50,710 bases of DNA from an uncultured Tepidisphaeraceae bacterium (GTDB lineage Bacteria; Planctomycetota; Phycisphaerae; Tepidisphaerales; Tepidisphaeraceae), in contig CAZBOE010000008.1 in the NCBI GenBank assembly GCA_964493365.1, positions 281 through 50,990 on the forward strand, written 5' to 3'. Below the pieces are notes generated by a model, which was not told the DNA's origin, searched no databases, and worked only from the letters and a program-made list of their open reading frames with translations. The position numbers and the translations under genes are program-made. Below, in pieces: positions 49,122-50,710 of this stretch (within the stretch, counting starts at the first letter, position 1; each line of letters opens with the position of its first letter).

Positions 49122-50710
49122 CTACACCTGCGCCACCTGTCGCTGGCCCAGCGCCGCGGCGCGGGCCGCGATCTCCGCTTTCTTCTCCAGCACCTTGCGG
49201 TAATCGCGCGGCATCACCTTCACAAACCACCGCAACTCGCGCGTGAAGTCAGCCAGGATTCCCGCGGCCACCGTGCTGCGCGTGAACTTCACGTGGTTCT
49301 CCAGCAGTCGGCGGATGGTCGCGATGTCGTCGTCGGTCTCGGGCTTTTCCAGGTCGACCATCTCGAGGTTGCACAGCTTCGAGAACATGCCCAGGTCGTC
49401 ATAGACGTAGGCGATGCCGCCGCTCATGCCCGCGGCGAAGTTGCGACCCGTCGGCCCGATGATCACGACCCGGCCGCCGGTCATGTATTCACAGCCGTGG
49501 TCGCCCACGCCTTCGACCACCGCGTCGACGCCGCTGTTGCGCACGCAGAACCGCTCACCGACAACGCCGCGCAGGTAGATCTCGCCCTGCGTCGCGCCGT
49601 AGGCAATCACGTTGCCCGCGATGATGTTCTCCTCGGCCTTGAACGTCGCCTCGTGGGGCGGATAGGCGATGATCCGCCCGCCCGAGAGGCCCTTGCCCAG
49701 GTAGTCGTTGGCGTCGCCCTCGAGTTCGAGCGTCACGCCGCGCGAGAGGAAACACCCGAAGCTCTGGCCCGCGTTGCCGTTGAACTTGAAATGCACTGTG
49801 CCCTCGGGCAGCCCGGCATAGCCATACTTCTTGGCGATCATGCCCGACAGCATCGTGCCCACGCAGCGGTGCACGTTTCTCACATCGAGCTCGGCCGACA
49901 CCTTCTCGCCCCGCTCGATCGCGGGCCTGGCCAGCTCGATCAGCTTGTTGTCGAGCATGCGCTCGATGCCGTGGTCCTGTTCTTCCCGCTTCTTGATCGC
50001 CACCTTCGGGCCCACCTCGGGCTTGTGCAGGATCACGTCGAGGTTGAGATACTTCGCCTTCCAGTGGCCCGACAGGTCGGCCACCTTGAGCAACTGCGTC
50101 TGGCCGATCATCTCGTCGACCGTCCTCACGCCCAGTTGCGACATGATCTCGCGCAGCTCCTCGGCCACGAAGAACATGTAGTTGATCACGTGCTCCGGCT
50201 TGCCCGCATAGAGCTTGCGCAGCTCCGGGTCCTGTGTGGCGATGCCCACCGGGCAGGTGTTGAGGTGACACACGCGCATCATGATGCAGCCCGCGGCGAT
50301 CATCGGCGCGGTCGAAAAGCCGACCTCTTCCGCGCCCAGCAGAAACGCGATGGCCGCGTCACGACCCGTCTTCATCGATCCGTCTGCCTGCAGCGTCACG
50401 CGCCCGCGCAGGTCATTGAGCAGCAGCGTCTGCTGCGTCTCGGCAAGGCCCAGCTCCCACGGCAGGCCCGCATACTTCAGGCTCGTCAGCGGCGCGTTGC
50501 CGGTGCCGCCGCCGTCGCCCGAGATCAGGATGTGGTCGGCCTTCGCCTTGGCGACGCCCGCCGCCACCGTGCCGACACCCACCTCGCTGACCAGCTTGAC
50601 GCTGATCCGCGCCCTGGGGTTGGCGTTCTTGAGGTCATGAATCAGCTGCGCCAGGTCTTCGATCGAGTAGATGGCGTGGTGGGGCGGCGGCGAGATCAGC
50701 CCCACGCCCG
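49122..50710 (-). CDS. gltB: Glutamate synthase large subunit, C-terminal FMN and GXGXG domains; the gene continues beyond the window end
   Basis: [41 protein letters not shown] and the C-terminal beta-helix (GNAGQSFG...[11 protein letters not shown]) are present. The frame is open to base 50710. Confidence 0.9.
   Translation of the reverse strand, partial: GVGLISPPPHHAIYSIEDLAQLIHDLKNANPRARISVKLVSEVGVGTVAAGVAKAKADHILISGDGGGTGNAPLTSLKYAGLPWELGLAETQQTLLLNDLRGRVTLQADGSMKTGRDAAIAFLLGAEEVGFSTAPMIAAGCIMMRVCHLNTCPVGIATQDPELRKLYAGKPEHVINYMFFVAEELREIMSQLGVRTVDEMIGQTQLLKVADLSGHWKAKYLNLDVILHKPEVGPKVAIKKREEQDHGIERMLDNKLIELARPAIERGEKVSAELDVRNVHRCVGTMLSGMIAKKYGYAGLPEGTVHFKFNGNAGQSFGCFLSRGVTLELEGDANDYLGKGLSGGRIIAYPPHEATFKAEENIIAGNVIAYGATQGEIYLRGVVGERFCVRNSGVDAVVEGVGDHGCEYMTGGRVVIIGPTGRNFAAGMSGGIAYVYDDLGMFSKLCNLEMVDLEKPETDDDIATIRRLLENHVKFTRSTVAAGILADFTRELRWFVKVMPRDYRKVLEKKAEIAARAAALGQRQVAQV

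Noticed and set aside
47276-49246. A 656-aa plus-strand ORF.
   Set aside because: It is antisense to gltD, which has clear Fe-S and FAD-binding motifs. It is a shadow ORF.

Overview
This is a high-GC (roughly 65-70%) bacterial chromosomal window that is densely coding and mostly housekeeping. The secreted prenyltransferase/squalene-oxidase-repeat protein, the PEP-CTERM protein and the DtxR-fused permease suggest a PVC/Planctomycetota-like Gram-negative, but that is inference only.

Recognisable genes:
- A complete fatty-acid/phospholipid cluster on the minus strand, rpmF-plsX-fabH-fabD-fabG-acpP-fabF, with fabI located separately.
- ileS, glk, thyX, ppdK, gltD and gltB (3' part only).
- A cysteine-synthase-like PLP enzyme and an aldehyde dehydrogenase.
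- A MATE efflux gene and a pair of ABC exporter half-transporters.
- A metal ABC permease fused to a DtxR-like domain.
- Two response regulators, one of them with an HD-GYP domain.
- A sigma-54 enhancer-binding protein.
- One tRNA-Leu(CAG).

I saw no rRNA, CRISPR array, transposase, integrase or phage gene.

Most interesting items:
1. A four-segment terminator/antiterminator attenuator with a 28-codon leader ORF sits directly upstream of the MATE efflux gene.
2. A compact minus-strand module encodes a VIT-VWA protein ending in a GlyGly-CTERM signal, then a rhombosortase, then an untracked 40-codon membrane ORF. It lies divergent from a sigma-54 activator with an unassigned N-terminal domain.
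3. An operon carries two paralogous PF10127/RlaP-like nucleotidyltransferases followed by an AlkD-like HEAT-repeat protein.

The many long ORFs antisense to recognised genes are high-GC artefacts. All start codons and all regulatory calls are predictions from sequence only.
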